From the NCBI GenBank assembly GCA_964016885.1, contig OZ024742.1, forward strand, positions 85,250,001 through 85,314,000: DNA of 64,000 bases. The letters run 5' to 3'. A program made the translations under genes and the position numbers. The stretch comes from Eledone cirrhosa (Eukaryota). Positions 26,308-40,714 of this stretch are shown here, piece after piece. Below the pieces are notes generated by a model. The model worked only from the letters and a program-made list of their open reading frames with translations, ran no database searches and was not told the DNA's origin. Positions within the stretch are counted from its first letter, which is position 1. Each line of letters begins with the position of its first letter.

Positions 26308-29300
26308 ATTAATTTCAACAATGTCATTATTCCGTGTGTCATAATTCTCGATTATCATTGGTTCATAGGTTTCAAACGACTCCGCCCACCTCAACGACGC
26401 CAAACTGAAAGTAATATGTATAATGCCAATGAGGGATTGAGAGGGGAGAGTGTGAACGCTGTGTTCAATAACTATTAACATGTGTGTGCGTGCGTGCACC
26501 GTTCCACAGAAAGTAAAAGTTATCAACATGTCTGAGTGTGTGCGTATGTAAGTTTGTGTGCGTGTGCGCGTTTCCATGCGTGTATGTGTGTGGCGTTCCA
26601 CAATCGCCACGCAGTTTATCTGTCTGTGTGCCTTTCTGTCAATCTAACATACACAGAGTTGTGAAAGGAGTAAATAGGGACCTTTCTTTAAATTGAAGGA
26701 CATCTTTTATATTTATTATTAGGTCATTTTTTAAACACTATGTATATGTGTCAGTGTAGAGACATTGTGTGTGTGATGTGTGTCGAAATAAGAGGGGAAG
26801 GAAAGCAATAACTATTAACATGTGTGCTTCTGTATGTACGTGCGCGTATGTTTATGTGTGTGTGCGTGCGTGCAGCGTTCCACAGATAGTACAAACTATC
26901 AACATGTGTGAGTGTGTGCGTGTGTAAGTTTGCGTGCGTGTGCGCGTTTCCATGCGTGTATGTGTGTGGCGTTCCACAATCGCCACGCAGTTTATCTGTC
27001 TGTGTGCCTGTCTGTCAGTCTAACATACACAGAGTTGTGAATGGAGTAAATAGGGACATTTCTTTACATTGACAGACATCTGTTATATTTATTATTGTGT
27101 CATGTTTCGACAATTGCTCGGAATGAATAGTGATAATAAACGCAATTCGACTTTATCAAACAGTGAACTACAGCGGCGACGGCGTGCAGCCAGCAATGAA
27201 GAAAAACGGGCCGAACAGCGCCATCGGAACGCCGAACTTCAGAGGTGAAGACTGCCGCCATGAATGAAGAGGAGCTGGCTGAACAACGCCAACGAAACAC
27301 TGGAGCCAAGCAGCGACGGCGTGCTTCGATGGTTGAAGACGAACCGGCTGAGCATCATCAGCAGATGGCCAGACTTCAGCAGCAACAGCGCGTTGCGATG
27401 GATGGAGAGGAGCTGGTTGAACAGCGCCAGCGCAAAACAGAAGTTAAGAGGATGTGTCGCCAAAGTGCTCCTCATTCCAGTAAAGAGGCTAGAAGGCGAA
27501 CGGATGATATTAAAAATGGATCATGGCAACCGTGTCATTTTCAGATTGGTGGACGAACAGAGTGTCCACATTGTGGAGCAATTGCTTTGGAGGCACGAAA
27601 AGACATGGACCACAATGTGCTGTCAAAAAGGAGCAGTTCAACTAGAACCGTTGCGAATGCCGGATGATGAGGAGTCACCAGAGTTTAAAATACTAAGTAC
27701 GTGGAGTGATCAAGGAGACCGAGGTAGATTACTGCGCAAATATTCGCGGCAAATTAACAATTCATTAGCTTTAGCATCGCAGAGAGTTAGTGAGATGTTT
27801 GAGAGTGGAGCATAGCAACCGAATGTAGTCATTCAAGGCCGTTTGTAACATTGTATCGGTAATTTAGAAGTTACCCCAGGAGAGAAGCCTCCATTTGCTC
27901 AAATTTACGTTAACGATCCAGATTATAGTGAATCGGAGGAGGAATCCAGGATCGGTTGGATGAAGTTGCCGGGAAATATAACTGAACTTGACGGCAAATG
28001 TTAAGTGATTTGATCCGTGATTTGCCATCATGGCTTAGACAGTTTACTCCTTATGTTATGGATTTCATGTTGGTGGCTGAACTGCAAAATGTTCAGCAGC
28101 AAACATTGGTGATTAAGGCTGACGCAGTGCCAAGGAATCAACAAGAACGGCGATATAATGCCACTGAAGGATTTCGTGAAGCTGCTGTGTTGATCAACGA
28201 TAAGCCTGGATCTAGAGATGTCGTCCTCAATTGCAGAGATGGTGCTCTCAAGACTATCAATGAGTCAAATAGGGCATACGATCCATTGCATTATGTTCTT
28301 TTATTCCCAAAAGGTGAACATGGATGGAACATATCTGTTCATTTAGATGATCATGAGAATCAGCATCAACAAGGAGGTGGCAATAGACACAGTAATTCGA
28401 TTCGCGACTTTTACGCGTTCCATTTGAACGAGAGGAATCAACAGAGAAATGCGCTATTTCAAGCCAGCAGATTGTTCCAGGAATACTGTTGTATTTGCAA
28501 AGATCGAAAATCAAAGGCTAAAAAATTTAGCTAAACATAGGCACGATATCAGAGCTGAATTTTATAATAATATACAGGATGCGATAACAGCCGATGATGC
28601 CAATTACAAGCAAATTGGTCGACGCATCATTTTGCCATCGATATCTGAAAAAGATAATGGATGATGCGGTATAGTTGCTTTTACATAGGTAATTGAATTC
28701 CCAAAAAGAGAATTGCCACATGCACAATTGCTGATCATTTTACATAGAGTTTGCAAATTGAGATGTGCTGAGGATGTCGACAGCATTGTGTGTGCTGAAA
28801 TGCCGGAGAAAGAATGAGGCACTACGCAACTTGGTGGCAAAGTCAATGGTGCACAACCAATGCGGAGTGGCAAATCGGAAAGCGCCTTGCATGAAAAATG
28901 GCTAATGCAGTATGCACTTTCCGATATCTTTTGTCACGAACACTTCTTGGAATGATGGGGATGCTCATCCCTAATACAGAATATGGTCGCCTGCGGATGG
29001 CGGTTGGATCGAAAATGTAAACAGGTTACAAATCAATGGGTTGTGCCATACAATCCATATTTGATTATGAAATATCGTTGTCATATTAGTGTGGACATTT
29101 GTAGCTCAGTGAAAGATTGCAAATATCTATTCAAATATGTTTACAAAGGTCATGATCGGGCAATGATCAATGTCATGAATGAGAAAGCGAACCAAGGAGA
29201 TGAAGTTGGCAGGTTCCAGGATGTTCGCTCAATTGGATCTAGCGAAACTTGCTGGAGATTGTTCGATTTTGATCTCAATGAACGCACACACCGCGTTAAG

Positions 29301-32300
29301 AAACTGACGGTTCACTTACAGAATAGGCAAATGGTCTGTTTTCAGGACACTAGAAGAGATGTCGAAAGAAGTGCTAACGCACCACCTCCTTAGACGGAAT
29401 TGACTGAGTGGTTCAAGCATAATAGGGAACATGCTTTGAACCCGGATCAAAGGCAACTACTGCGATTTCCCTTCGCACTATACGTGGGATAAGAAGGGAA
29501 AGAAATGGAAGGATAGAAAACAAGAGTTGAGATTCATGACTATTGGGCGGGTTTGTAATGTCCATCCTGCATCTGGCGATGTGTTTTATCTCCGAATTCT
29601 GTTGCATAATGATTTTTCCAGAGGTAAACAGAGCTTCGCTGCTGATTTGATAACAATCAATGGCGTGGAATATGAAACATACCAGGCTGTGTGTCAGCAT
29701 CTGGGACTCTTTCAGGATGACGCTGAATGGAATAACGCCATAGAAGCTGCAGGAACAACACAGATGCCAGCTCAAATAAGGCAGTTGTTTGTCACGATTC
29801 TAGGATTCTGCAATCCTGCCGATCCAAGAGAGTTATTTGAACGCCATTGGTGAATTATGTCTGATGAATTTAGGCATCATCTTCAGGTCGATGATGAACA
29901 TTTGATGCAAGTTATTGTTTTGCTCAATATTGAGCAACTGCTTGAAGTTCATATCAAATGTTTAACAGATTTCAATTTGCCAATTTCTGATGAAGAAATG
30001 CGGCAACGTGCCTTAGCATTGAACACGAGATTGCAGCTTAGAAGGTTGCCACTCGATCGGAGGGAACTATTTCAGTTTGATCCACTGGAACAGCAACATA
30101 TTGTGGATGAACGTATGCCAATGTTGACCCAATCTCAGAGAGAATTGGTCGATGGCGTTCTCCACTCGATTTCCCCTAATGAGCAACTTTGTGCTTTCAT
30201 AGATGCTCCAAGAGGCACCGGAAAGACATACTGTTTCAACACTATATTATCGGCAGTCAGAGCTTAGAGGAAGATTGCTCTCCCTGTGGCAACCAGTGAG
30301 ATCGCTGCCACTTTGCTGAGTGGTGGAAGGACCTTCCACTCATGCTTCAAGGCTCCATTGGCTCCGGATGCGTTGAGTGTCTGTAACATTACAGGAAAAG
30401 GTGAACTCGCGGGCCATATGCGCAATACGTCTCTGATTATTTGGGACGAGGCCTCAATGGCACACATATATCTGCTGGAGACATTAGACAGATCTTTGAG
30501 AGTTATCTGCGGTAGTGACCTGTCATTCGGTGGTAAGACTATCGATCTTGGTGGCGATTTCAGACAGGTGCTACCAATTGTTAGGAATGATCACAGAGCG
30601 CAAATTGTCGATGCATGTTTGAAAAAGACCCCGTTGTGGCGCCATTTCAGAGTTTTGCGATTACACGATAATATGCGACTTCGTATGTTCGGGCAAAACA
30701 AAGAGGCTGAGACATACAGTCGATGGTTGATGCAGTTGGGAACCGATGAATTTCGCCTCGTTGGTGATAATCAGACTGTAAGAATCCCAGACCATTTGGT
30801 CATGCCACTGGACCGCCAAGCATTGATTGACTGGGTGTTCCCTAATTTGAATGCTTTTTGGCAGAATATTTCCTGGATATCGGAACGCGTCATTCTAACT
30901 CATACAAATGCAACGGTCGATAAAATAAATTCACAAGTATCCGGGATGTTTCCTGGAGAGGAATGGTTGACCGTCAGTGCGGATGCAATGGAGCCCAATC
31001 AGCAGAACAATATGGATGTTCTGACTGAGTATCTGAATTCACTTCAAATACCCGGATTTCCCCCACATATTTTGAGGTTGAAAAAGGGTATGCCGATTAC
31101 ATTGCTTAGAAATATCAATCATAAAATGGGTCTTTGCAATGGTACCAGATTGATTGTTGAGAGATTGATTAACGGAAGAGTTTTAGAAGCTAAGCTCCCA
31201 GGGAGAGAGGACTCGGTTCTCATTCCGAGGATCATGCTGAGACCAAGTGAAGATCTGCTGCCATTCATTTGGCAAAGGAGACAGTTTCCCGTCAATTTGG
31301 CCTTCCCAATGACTCTCAACAAGGCACAGCGACAGACTTTCAAGTGAGTCGGTGTCTACTTGAATGATCTAGCATACAGCCATGGGCAACTGCATGTTGC
31401 TGCATCTCGAGTGTGCAATCCCGATGGTATAAAATTTGCAATTGATTCCACTAACAGAGGAACACCCATGAATATTGTCTATAATGAAGCTTTGAGCTGA
31501 TGTATGCATATCTTTAATGCTATCAATAATTGATATAAATGATTCGGACATTGGTACCCTTTGATCAGTATTGTGAGCTTTGACAGAGTTATCATTTATG
31601 TTCAATGTCATTTAATGTCGTTATGAGCATTAAAAACAAACAAGTATTGGTAAAAATTGCTTTCACTGCTATGTTGCGCAATAAATACCAACAGGTATTG
31701 GTAGAAATTGCCTTCAAATTTATCGCTTCTGATAGCGGTGGTAATAAAACCTCATCATATGCTGAGTCTGGAAAAACGTTTGGTGCCTATAGCCGGCCAG
31801 GGCTAGAGTAATATTGATAAAAGATTCTATTTTCGAAGTAGAAGGATCCGCCATTTGGAGTTCAAACCAAGCCACCTCCCCGAGTTGAACTCTGAGCAAT
31901 ATTGACTGTCTATTACTAAGTGGCTAAGAGCCGGGAAATTACTGAATAGATTTTTGTGACATATAATTTGTTGTTTTATTATTATAGCTGATCACTTATA
32001 GATAAGCATATTATCCATATCCATATTAATTTGGCATTTGTATAAACCATTTCAAGTAAATAGGGACCTTTTTTACATTGACGGACATCTTTTATTTTAA
32101 TTATCTATATCTATATTTACATATAATATAAAAGATTGGAACTTCCATCATCCTTTTGAGAAACGTGGAACAACCACGTCTATGCAATGATACACGTTTT
32201 ACAGTTAGGCAGAAGATGAACCATCTCCAAGAGGTCAATATTCTACGTGGTAGAACCTAGAATTGTTTATATACTATGCGCAAACGGTACAACGAAGAAT

Positions 32301-32463
32301 CTGGTATATCTGGAAGATTTTCTTTACTGTCTTTTTGTATCACACAGACACTACATACTCGCCTCATACTGTAACCAGAAAAACATCCAATACAGTCATT
32401 TTCTATTTTACCTGTCTTCTCTTATCATCTGTTTACCCGGGCGAAGCTGGGTACGTCAGCTAG
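26308..32463 (+). mobile_element. Helitron 1 (decayed autonomous element)
   Basis: RepHel remnants. 3' hairpin tacccgggcgaagctgggta followed by CTAG at 32460-32463. Confidence 0.9.
27260..31500 (+). pseudogene. Helitron RepHel (HUH Rep plus PIF1 helicase) with many stops and frameshifts
   Basis: Motifs YDPLHYVLLFPKGEHGW, VIEFPKRELPHA, KYLFKYVYKGHD, DAPRGTGKT, IIWDEASM, GGDFRQVLP, GLCNGTRL, MTLNKAQ, SHGQLHVAASRV. The Rep motif-1 region appears deleted. Confidence 0.93.
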
Positions 32464-33597
32464 TATATATAAATGCAAGTTTACGATTCTGTGTGTCCGC
32501 CTAAAACTAGCAAATTACCGGACCAAACTCCCCCAAATTACATGTACATATTCACTATACCGCTTGGACAGATAACGGTCGAAAAAGTTTTACTTTACAA
32601 AGCAAGGAATTCATTTAAAGTCAATGTATCTTATTTTGTAATGAATATCAAAAGATATCATCCATTTTGTTTTTTCATGTTCTCCAGTCTGTAGATAAGA
32701 GAGTGGGCGATGGGAGAGAGAAAGAGAGAGAGAGTAAGGGATAAAAGAGAAAGAGAGAGATTGGGAGATGAGAGAGAGAGTAAGGGGATGAGAGAGAAAT
32801 AGAGAGAGTGGATGTGAGAGAGAAATAATAAGAGTAAGGGAGATGAGCGAGAGAGTGTAAGGGGATGTGAGAGAGAAAGAAAGAGCGTAAGGGGATGAGA
32901 GAGAAAGACGATGAGAGAGAGGGAAAGTGACCAGCGTTCTTAACTTTTATTTATTTATTATTTTTACACATTTCTTAACTTATCTTATATTTATTTTTTG
33001 TTCCTTATGCTGTAAGGATGAGAGAGAGAAAGAAAAAGAGGAGAAAGAGAAAGGAAGTGAGGCGGATGGGGAGAAAAAGACAATAAGAAAAGAGAAAAGA
33101 TGGGAGAGAGAAAAAAATGTAAAGAGTCAGGAGAGAGTGAGGGTGATATGAGGGATTCTTTAACTAACCTGTGTCCGCGTTTATGTATATATTTACACAC
33201 ACAAATGTGTGTTATGGGAAAGGGAGGGGGGCGTTCTTTAGCAGACGATGTATGTTACCATCAAAGCTTATTTTCTACATATGTCTAAAGAAATCACAGA
33301 TGCTTCTATAGAAGTTGTATATATGTATGTTTTTTACAGACAAAAAAAAAAACGGTATTTTTAAAAGATATTATTTGAATATATTATTTTCATCTGTTAT
33401 TTGAATTAACACGGAAAATATTTTTTTGTAGTGTTTGTCTTTTTGGGGATACAATCTGAAATCCCAATATTTTCTACATATATCTAAAATTAATTACACC
33501 TAATATACATTCACATAAAGAGATCATTTAAAACAACTTTACTGAGTGAACAATACATTCTATAGTTGTTTCTATTTCAGAAAGAGTCTGGTGTGTA

Positions 33598-33665
33598 ATA
33601 ATTGTTTCTACTTTTGGCACAAGGCCAGCAATTATTCCAGTGCATTACTGGTACTTTATTTTGTC
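33598..33665 (-). mobile_element. SINE tail fragment inserted just upstream of the Helitron 2 ORF
   Basis: attgtttctacttttggcacaaggccagcaatta..cagtgcattactggtactttatttt. Confidence 0.8.
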
Positions 33666-33692
33666 GTGTGGTGTGTAATAATAGCACTTCAA

Positions 33693-36600
33693 ATGCCAAG
33701 AAAACGTTCCAGATCATTATATGGAAGGTCATCTTCAGAGGCTAAGAGAAAGAAAACACAGCGATCTGAAGAAAGTGAAGAAGTTCGGCATGCCCCTCTA
33801 GCTGCTAACAGATCCCAAATAGCTTTAGTACGACGAGCACACCGTTTGGATGAAAGGGAACAAAGGACTGTTGCTACACGAGAACAACAAATTACAGAAC
33901 AGCAGCAGATCATACGAAATGCTAATCAAGCACTGCCCGAGCAGGAGAACGATATGCTACTCAAGCACTTCGTTCTACTGCGCGAGCAGGAGAATAAGCC
34001 ACAAGTAAAATGAACTGGCTGATGGGTGCTTTTTCTTATGACCCCCAAAGGGATTACAGCAGTAATCCACAAATCAATATTGGGAAAATGAAGAAATGCT
34101 GTCAGTATTGTGGTGCCAAGAAGTGGGCTGCAGAAACACCAAGTTTATGCTGCTCAAAAGGCAAAGTGAGCCTTAACACAATACAAGAACCTCCTGAATT
34201 TCTGAAGAATCTGCTCCTTCAGCACACACCAGAAGCACGACACTTTAATAAATACATCATACAATTTAATTCTGCCTCTCAAATGACATCTTTTGGGGGG
34301 GGCTGACAGGAATGTGACTGACTTTAGATTCTCTACAACTTATAAAATTCAGGGACAGTGTTAACACTTAATGGATGGCCTTCTGCCATTTGCACAGGAG
34401 CCTCACAAATGTGTGCAGGTTTACTTCATGAGTGGAAATGAAACACAGGCACAACAAGGATGTACCAATGTCCATGGTGGATTGCAGTTCTACATAGTCA
34501 TACAGTTCCAAGAAATGCTTCACCAACATCACATGTACGTCAGTGTATATAAATATGCACTGAAGTATATGAACAACACCAGAGATCGTAAACTTATCAT
34601 TATGGAAGACAAACGCCCAGTTTCAGAACATGAACGCAGATTCAATGCATATGTCACTGATGAAGTTGCAATCATAATGGTTGATGACCAACATCAACGA
34701 CGTGACATTATTTTAAAAAACGAAGTGGACATTTGGAGCGAATTTATGAAACTCATAGATCCTATGATTCACTCCAATATCCGCTCATCTTTTGGAATGG
34801 TCAAGATGGATATCATTTTCAGCTACGGCAGATAAGCTCAGGAATGGGACAAGAAACTGGCCGATCAATCAGCTGCAAAGAATTATATGCTTATCGTTTC
34901 ATAGTACGTGACCAGCCAGTTCATGGTGGACATGTATGCCAAAATTGTAACAAAGATTGAGTTTTCTGCGAAGGAATCAAACTAAGTTGAGGGCAGATAA
35001 CTACATCCACATTAGAGATGCCATCAATTCTGATGTTGACCCAAGAAATATTGGCCAGCCAGTCATATTACCATCAAGCTTCACGGGAGGACCACGTTAC
35101 ATGCATGAACGTACGCAAGATGCAATGGCCTATGTCAGAAAATTTGGCCGGCCAGATCTCTTCATTACATTTACATGCAATTCAAACTGGTCAGAAATAT
35201 CAAATGAATTATTTCAAAATCAAAAACCAGAGGATCGACATGACCTCATTGCTTGGGTTTTCCATGAAAAGCAAATACATTTCATCTGGCTCCTAAAAGA
35301 AGAAAGAATCTTTGGTGAGCTTAGTGCTTGGATGACCACTATTGAGTGGCAGAAGAGAGGTCTTCCTCACTCTCACACACTAATCTGGTGCAAGGAGAAG
35401 ATAAGATGATGTTGATAAGATCATTTCAGCAGAGTTGCCTGATAAAGGTGGTGATCCAGAGCTCTTTCAAACCATCAAGTCCAAACTCATGGTCCATGTG
35501 GAGTCATCAATCTAGCCTCTCCTTGCATGAAAGATCAAACATGCAGCAAACATTATCCTAGAGCTTTGATTCAGGAAACTCGGACTGATAATAATGGATA
35601 CCCCCCTTATCGTAGGGGTAGACCAGAACATGGAGGAAATACTGCAAGCCTAACAGTTCGAGGAGAGGAGCTGACCATAAACAATCAGTGGGTCGTCCCA
35701 CACAACAAATTGTTGTGTAAACTTTTAAAAGCTCATATCAATGTTGAGTATTGCAGCTCCATCAATGCAATCCTATATGTCACAAAATATATCAACAAGC
35801 GCAGTGACATTGCTACCTATATTACTGACAAATAACTCAATGATGGTGGGCTGGATGAGGTCAAACGGTATTAAACAGGTCGATACATCTCCAGCAGAGG
35901 AGCTATCTGGCGAATATTTGGATTTGATAGCCACCAACGCCACCCAACAGTGGTCAACCTCGCAGTCCATCTGGAAAATGGACAGAGTGTACTTCACTGA
36001 GATCACTGCTCATCAGTTGGAACAAGCATCACATGACACTACACTAACTGCTTTCTTTAAACTCTGCCAGAATGATGAATTAACTCGGTCCCTCCTATAT
36101 GCTGAAGTCCCAACATATTACACCTGGACCAATTGCAAGACCTGGAATCGAAGAAAGCGGGATCATTTAGTGGAAGGTCATGAGGTCAGGTCAAGTGATG
36201 GTATTGGGTGTGTTTATATGTCCATCCCAACAACAGAGAATGTTTTTATTTACGGCTACTTCTGCATACTGTTCGAGGACCAACGTCATTTTAGGACCTT
36301 AGATGCTTCAGAGGAAGGGAGTGTGCAACATACCAAGAAGCATGTGAACAGCATGGACTTCTGCATGACAATGGACACTGGAAGAAGTGCCTAGAAGAAG
36401 CAGCAATCACTCAAGTAGCCAGTCTAATAACACCGTTATTTGCTATTATGCTCACAGCATGTGGAATTGATGAAGCTCATCTACTCTGGCAGGAGTACAA
36501 AAACAATATGTCTGACGAAAATCTACACCTAGCCCGGAGAGATCATGGCAATATGTATATGAAATATACTCCCAGGATTTACAATCAAGCTCTCTGTGAC

Positions 36601-38070
36601 CTGTCCCATCGCGTTGAGGCAATGAATAGCACATTAGCTAACTGCGGGATGCCAGAGCCAGATGAAGAAATGGAGGTAGCACAAGACATTTTTCAGGAGA
36701 CAAACTACGATATTCAAGCATTGCGTAAGTTTGTGGATGAAAATGAACTTCGATTGATAGATGACCAGAAATACGCCTACCACATCATTGAAAACATTCA
36801 AAATGACAGTGGGGGGCTTTTCTTCATCCATGCTCCTGCTGGCACAGGCAAGACATTCCTCATAAATCTCCTGCATGCAAAAGTTCGCCAAAAGCAGCAT
36901 ATTGCCCTTGCTGTGGCTTCAAGTGGTATTGCAGCAACACTTCTGGATGGAGGTAGAACTGCACACTCCATGTTTAAGTCGCCCATAGATCTCACACGGC
37001 ATGAACAATCTTTTTGTAACATCAAGAAGAACTCACCCACAGGCAGGTTTCTGCAAATATGCAAGATGATAATTTGGGATAAAGCTACTATGAGTCATAA
37101 AGGAACAATTGAAGCTTTGGACCGGACGATAAGAGATCTGAGAGAAAATATTTGCACAATGGGAGGAGTGACAATGGTTCTTGCTGGTGATTTCAGACAA
37201 ACTCTGCCTGTAATTCTTCGAGGGACTCGAGCTGATCAGGTCAATGCCTGTCTTAAACCATCCTATCTCTGGCCCCACTTTCAGCTGCTGAGCCTTACAA
37301 CCAACATGCGAGTGCACTTAACTGGTGACGAAGGTGTCAGTGAGTTTCCTATCCATCTACTTAAATTGGGTAATAGGCTTCTTGAAAAGGACTCCAATGA
37401 CCATATTCAGTTGTCATTTGGCCATATCATTGACACAGAACAAGAACTGATTGCCAGAGTGTTTCCAAACGTTCAGACCAGGCAATGTGATCCGAAATGG
37501 CTCTGTAAATGAGCAATCTTAGCACCTAAAAACGTTGCTGTGAAAGAAATCAACAGGAGGCTGCTGGAGATGTTACCGGGAGAGAAAATATGCTACAAAT
37601 CAGTTGACACAATCACTTCTCAAGACCAGTTTGTAACTATCCAACTGTATTTTTGAACAGTCTTGAACAAGCAGGAATTCCTCCACACAACCTGATACTG
37701 AAGCTTGGAGCATCGGTTATGCTACTTCGCAATCTGGATCCTCCAAAACTTTGTAATGGCACAAGACTCATCATCAAATATATAATGTCCAATGTTCTAG
37801 AAGTTGCAATCATTGTCAGGAAAATTTACAGGTGACAATTGTTTCTTTCCCAGAATACCTCTGAAGCCAAGTGATTTGCCATTTGAATTTCAAAGACTTC
37901 AATTTTCGGTCAGGCTCAGTTTTGCCATGACCATTAATAAATCTCAATGGCAATCATTGAAAGTCGTTGGGTTGAATGGCATGGTCAATTCTATGTTGGC
38001 ACAACAAGGGTTGTCTCTTCATTGTGGAACCACAGGGCAAAACCAATAATTTTGGAATGAGCAATGTCGT
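33693..38070 (+). pseudogene. Helitron RepHel, disrupted
   Basis: Motifs CQYCGAKKW..CCSKG, ILPSSFTGGPRYM, PDLFITFTCN, TIEWQKRGLPHSH, YVTKYINK, APAGTGKT, GDFRQTLP, FAMTINKSQ. Confidence 0.93.
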
Positions 38071-38624
38071 AATTCCTCATTCAATGACAATATACACAGA
38101 TCCTAATTCCTTAGTCATGTAGTTTGCAATGAATTCTGAAGCCGTAAATTTACTGCATGGTGTTACTCTGGAATAATATGCAGGCATTCCCGGGTACCTC
38201 TGCTATATAAAGTAGTATAAGTGAGGACTTTGTTGGTTATAAATAACAGCCACATTTCCATCAAATCCCACCTTACTTTCTCAGGTATGTATATATGTAT
38301 GAAGCAAAAAGGAATGGTTCTATGTGATAACTCGATATACTAGAAATATTAGCAAAATTCATTTCAAATCACAAACAACTTTATTACACACATACATGTG
38401 TGTGTAAATATCTATGTATGTCATGTCAGCCACTATGACTGTTGGTATAGCTAATAGAAATAGAAAACAAATCTCCCTCAAACAACATCCTACTGCTATG
38501 GAGACAAAAGAGAATCGAAAGCTACAGTATACACATTTAAATACACTTTCCCCGATTTACAGAAACGAGTAAGTAAATGCTTTATTCAATCATAAACCAA
38601 TGCTTAATTTATTTTATTTAGTTC

Positions 38625-38990
38625 TAACATAGTTACGTCCCTTGACAGTCTGAGTTCAAATCCCGCCGAGGTTAACTTTGCCTTTCATCCTTACGGGGTC
38701 GATAAAATAAAGTACCAGTAATGCACTAGGTAATTGCTGGCCTTGTGCCAAAAGTAGAAACAATTATTTTATTTATGGTTTATTTAAGGACTGTTAATTA
38801 GCAGTATCGGTAGAGGGTCGGACGTCATGCTTTGACGCATAGAGGTACGGTCCTTTCCATTCTGAGTTCAAATCTAGCCGAGATCAAATCTGTATTTCAT
38901 CCTTATGGGGTCGTTAAATTAAAGTACCGGTAATGTACTGGGAATTGCTGGCCTTTTGCCAAAGTAGAAACAATTATTTTATTTATGGTT
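38625..38990 (+). mobile_element. Two tandem tRNA-derived SINE copies
   Basis: B boxes gagttcaaatcc and gagttcaaatct. The second copy has an A box (tagcagtatcgg). Both are followed by caattattttatttatggttt. Confidence 0.85.
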
Positions 38991-39354
38991 TCTTAAATAG
39001 TCTTTACATGTTTGAATTTCAGAGGTTCAGATTGAGCAAAAAAACAAAAAAACAAGAAAGAAAAAGATAAATAAAAAACATCTAAATGTATATTTTTGGT
39101 CATACCCTTTCCACTAACAACATACCTAATGATTCATCTATGAGTAAAGCATTATATATGCTGAGTGTAATAGGGAACAGTATTCAAAAAATCACCACTG
39201 GAAAAAACTAATATTTTTATCTAGATGATTTACTTTGACCAAACGGCAATAAATATTCTGCTATAATTCCTACTGTGGTTAAAATTCAACAATCATATTT
39301 GAATAGTCAAATATTTTGTAATGTGTGCCAAATATATTGTAACTTTCATAAAAT

Positions 39355-39382
39355 ACCCGGGTATCACCGGGTAGCTCAGGTA

Positions 39383-39384
<2 letters not shown>
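39355..39384 (+). other. Helitron-like 3' terminal hairpin
   Basis: tacccgg gtatca ccgggta gctcag GTAG|T then (TA)n. One mismatch to CTAG. Confidence 0.5.
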
Positions 39385-39442
<58 letters not shown>

Positions 39443-39449
39443 CTATGCA

Positions 39450-39685
39450 TAGTAATAATAATAAAAATCCAAAGAGTGCTCGATAAGGAAAAGATATATC
39501 AAATATATAAGAACCGTAGAGCAAATATTAATTAAAATAAGAGATTAAAGTTTAAGCAAAGAATCACTGTTTTCACCCTTAACGGGATCTTCTGAAACTA
39601 AAAAAAATCTATCTGTGAACTCAGAAGTAAATATTTCGAAAAACGTTGCAACCGAAGCAAGACAGGAAGATGATCTGTTATTTTA

Positions 39686-39692
<7 letters not shown>
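39450..39692 (-). mobile_element. PLE terminal repeat fragment with a hammerhead-like motif (39549-39599) and a short inverted end
   Basis: Homologous to 21570-21780. The inverted piece atctgttattttaataaata is at ~39673-39692. Confidence 0.75.
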
Positions 39693-39720
<28 letters not shown>

Positions 39721-39726
39721 TATATA

Positions 39727-39787
<61 letters not shown>

Positions 39788-39883
39788 GCGCACACACACA
39801 CACACACACACGCACACACACACATACACACACACACATGCACACACATATATATATATAAGTCGATCGATCCTTTTATATAT

Positions 39884-40592
39884 ATCTATTTACTACTAAA
39901 TCTCTGATCTTGCGTGCTTGCTTGCGGGCTTGCTTGTCTGTTATGTAATACAGCCAAAAGGGCGTATAATTGGTAAACACTTTGAAAGCAAGTTGCCGCT
40001 GAAATGGGAATACAAATTGAATAAAACAAGTTTCTCGAAAATCTGACCCCGGGTTCCCGAGATTCGCGGGTTTTAGGTGTACCTTCGTAAATAGCCACAA
40101 CGGTGCATACTGGGAAAATACCTCGAAATTAACATAACCCTGAAAAACGTCGTAAATAGCCAAAACATTGCATAATGAGAAAATACTCTGAATAAAACAA
40201 GTTTGGCGTAAATCGGACATGGACAATATTTTCAATTTTCCAAAAATAGCAAGGAATTTATCTAAATTATTTTATCTTATTTTATAATGAATATCAAATG
40301 AAATAATCCATTCGTTTTTTGGTTGTCCATTCTGTAGGTAAGAGAGACAGAGAGGGGGTGAGAAAGAGAAAGAGAGAGTGAGGGTGAGAGAGAGAAAGAG
40401 AGTGAATGAAGGGATGAGAGAGAGAGGGAGCATGACAGATAGGGAAAGAGACAGCGTCCTTAACTTGTATTTATTTTAACTCACCCCTTATAGATAACGT
40501 TATTTATTTCTCTCTCTTTCACAGTTCTACTGCCACCGTGTGTATCTGTATGTGTATGTGTGCCAGTGCATGTGTTTACGTACTTAGAGACA

Positions 40593-40627
<35 letters not shown>

Positions 40628-40669
40628 GTAACAGTACTTAAGTTAGAGATATATATATATATATATATA

Positions 40670-40714
<45 letters not shown>

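Larger units (their letters stand above)
32465..38205 (+). mobile_element. Helitron 2 (decayed, different family)
   Basis: Starts immediately after the Helitron 1 CTAG. RepHel remnants. Degenerate 3' hairpin near 38180-38205, with an alternative end at 39384. Confidence 0.8.

Noticed and set aside
30286-31347. Host PIF1 helicase gene
   Set aside because: It is intronless, disrupted, fused downstream of HUH Rep remnants and bounded by Helitron termini.
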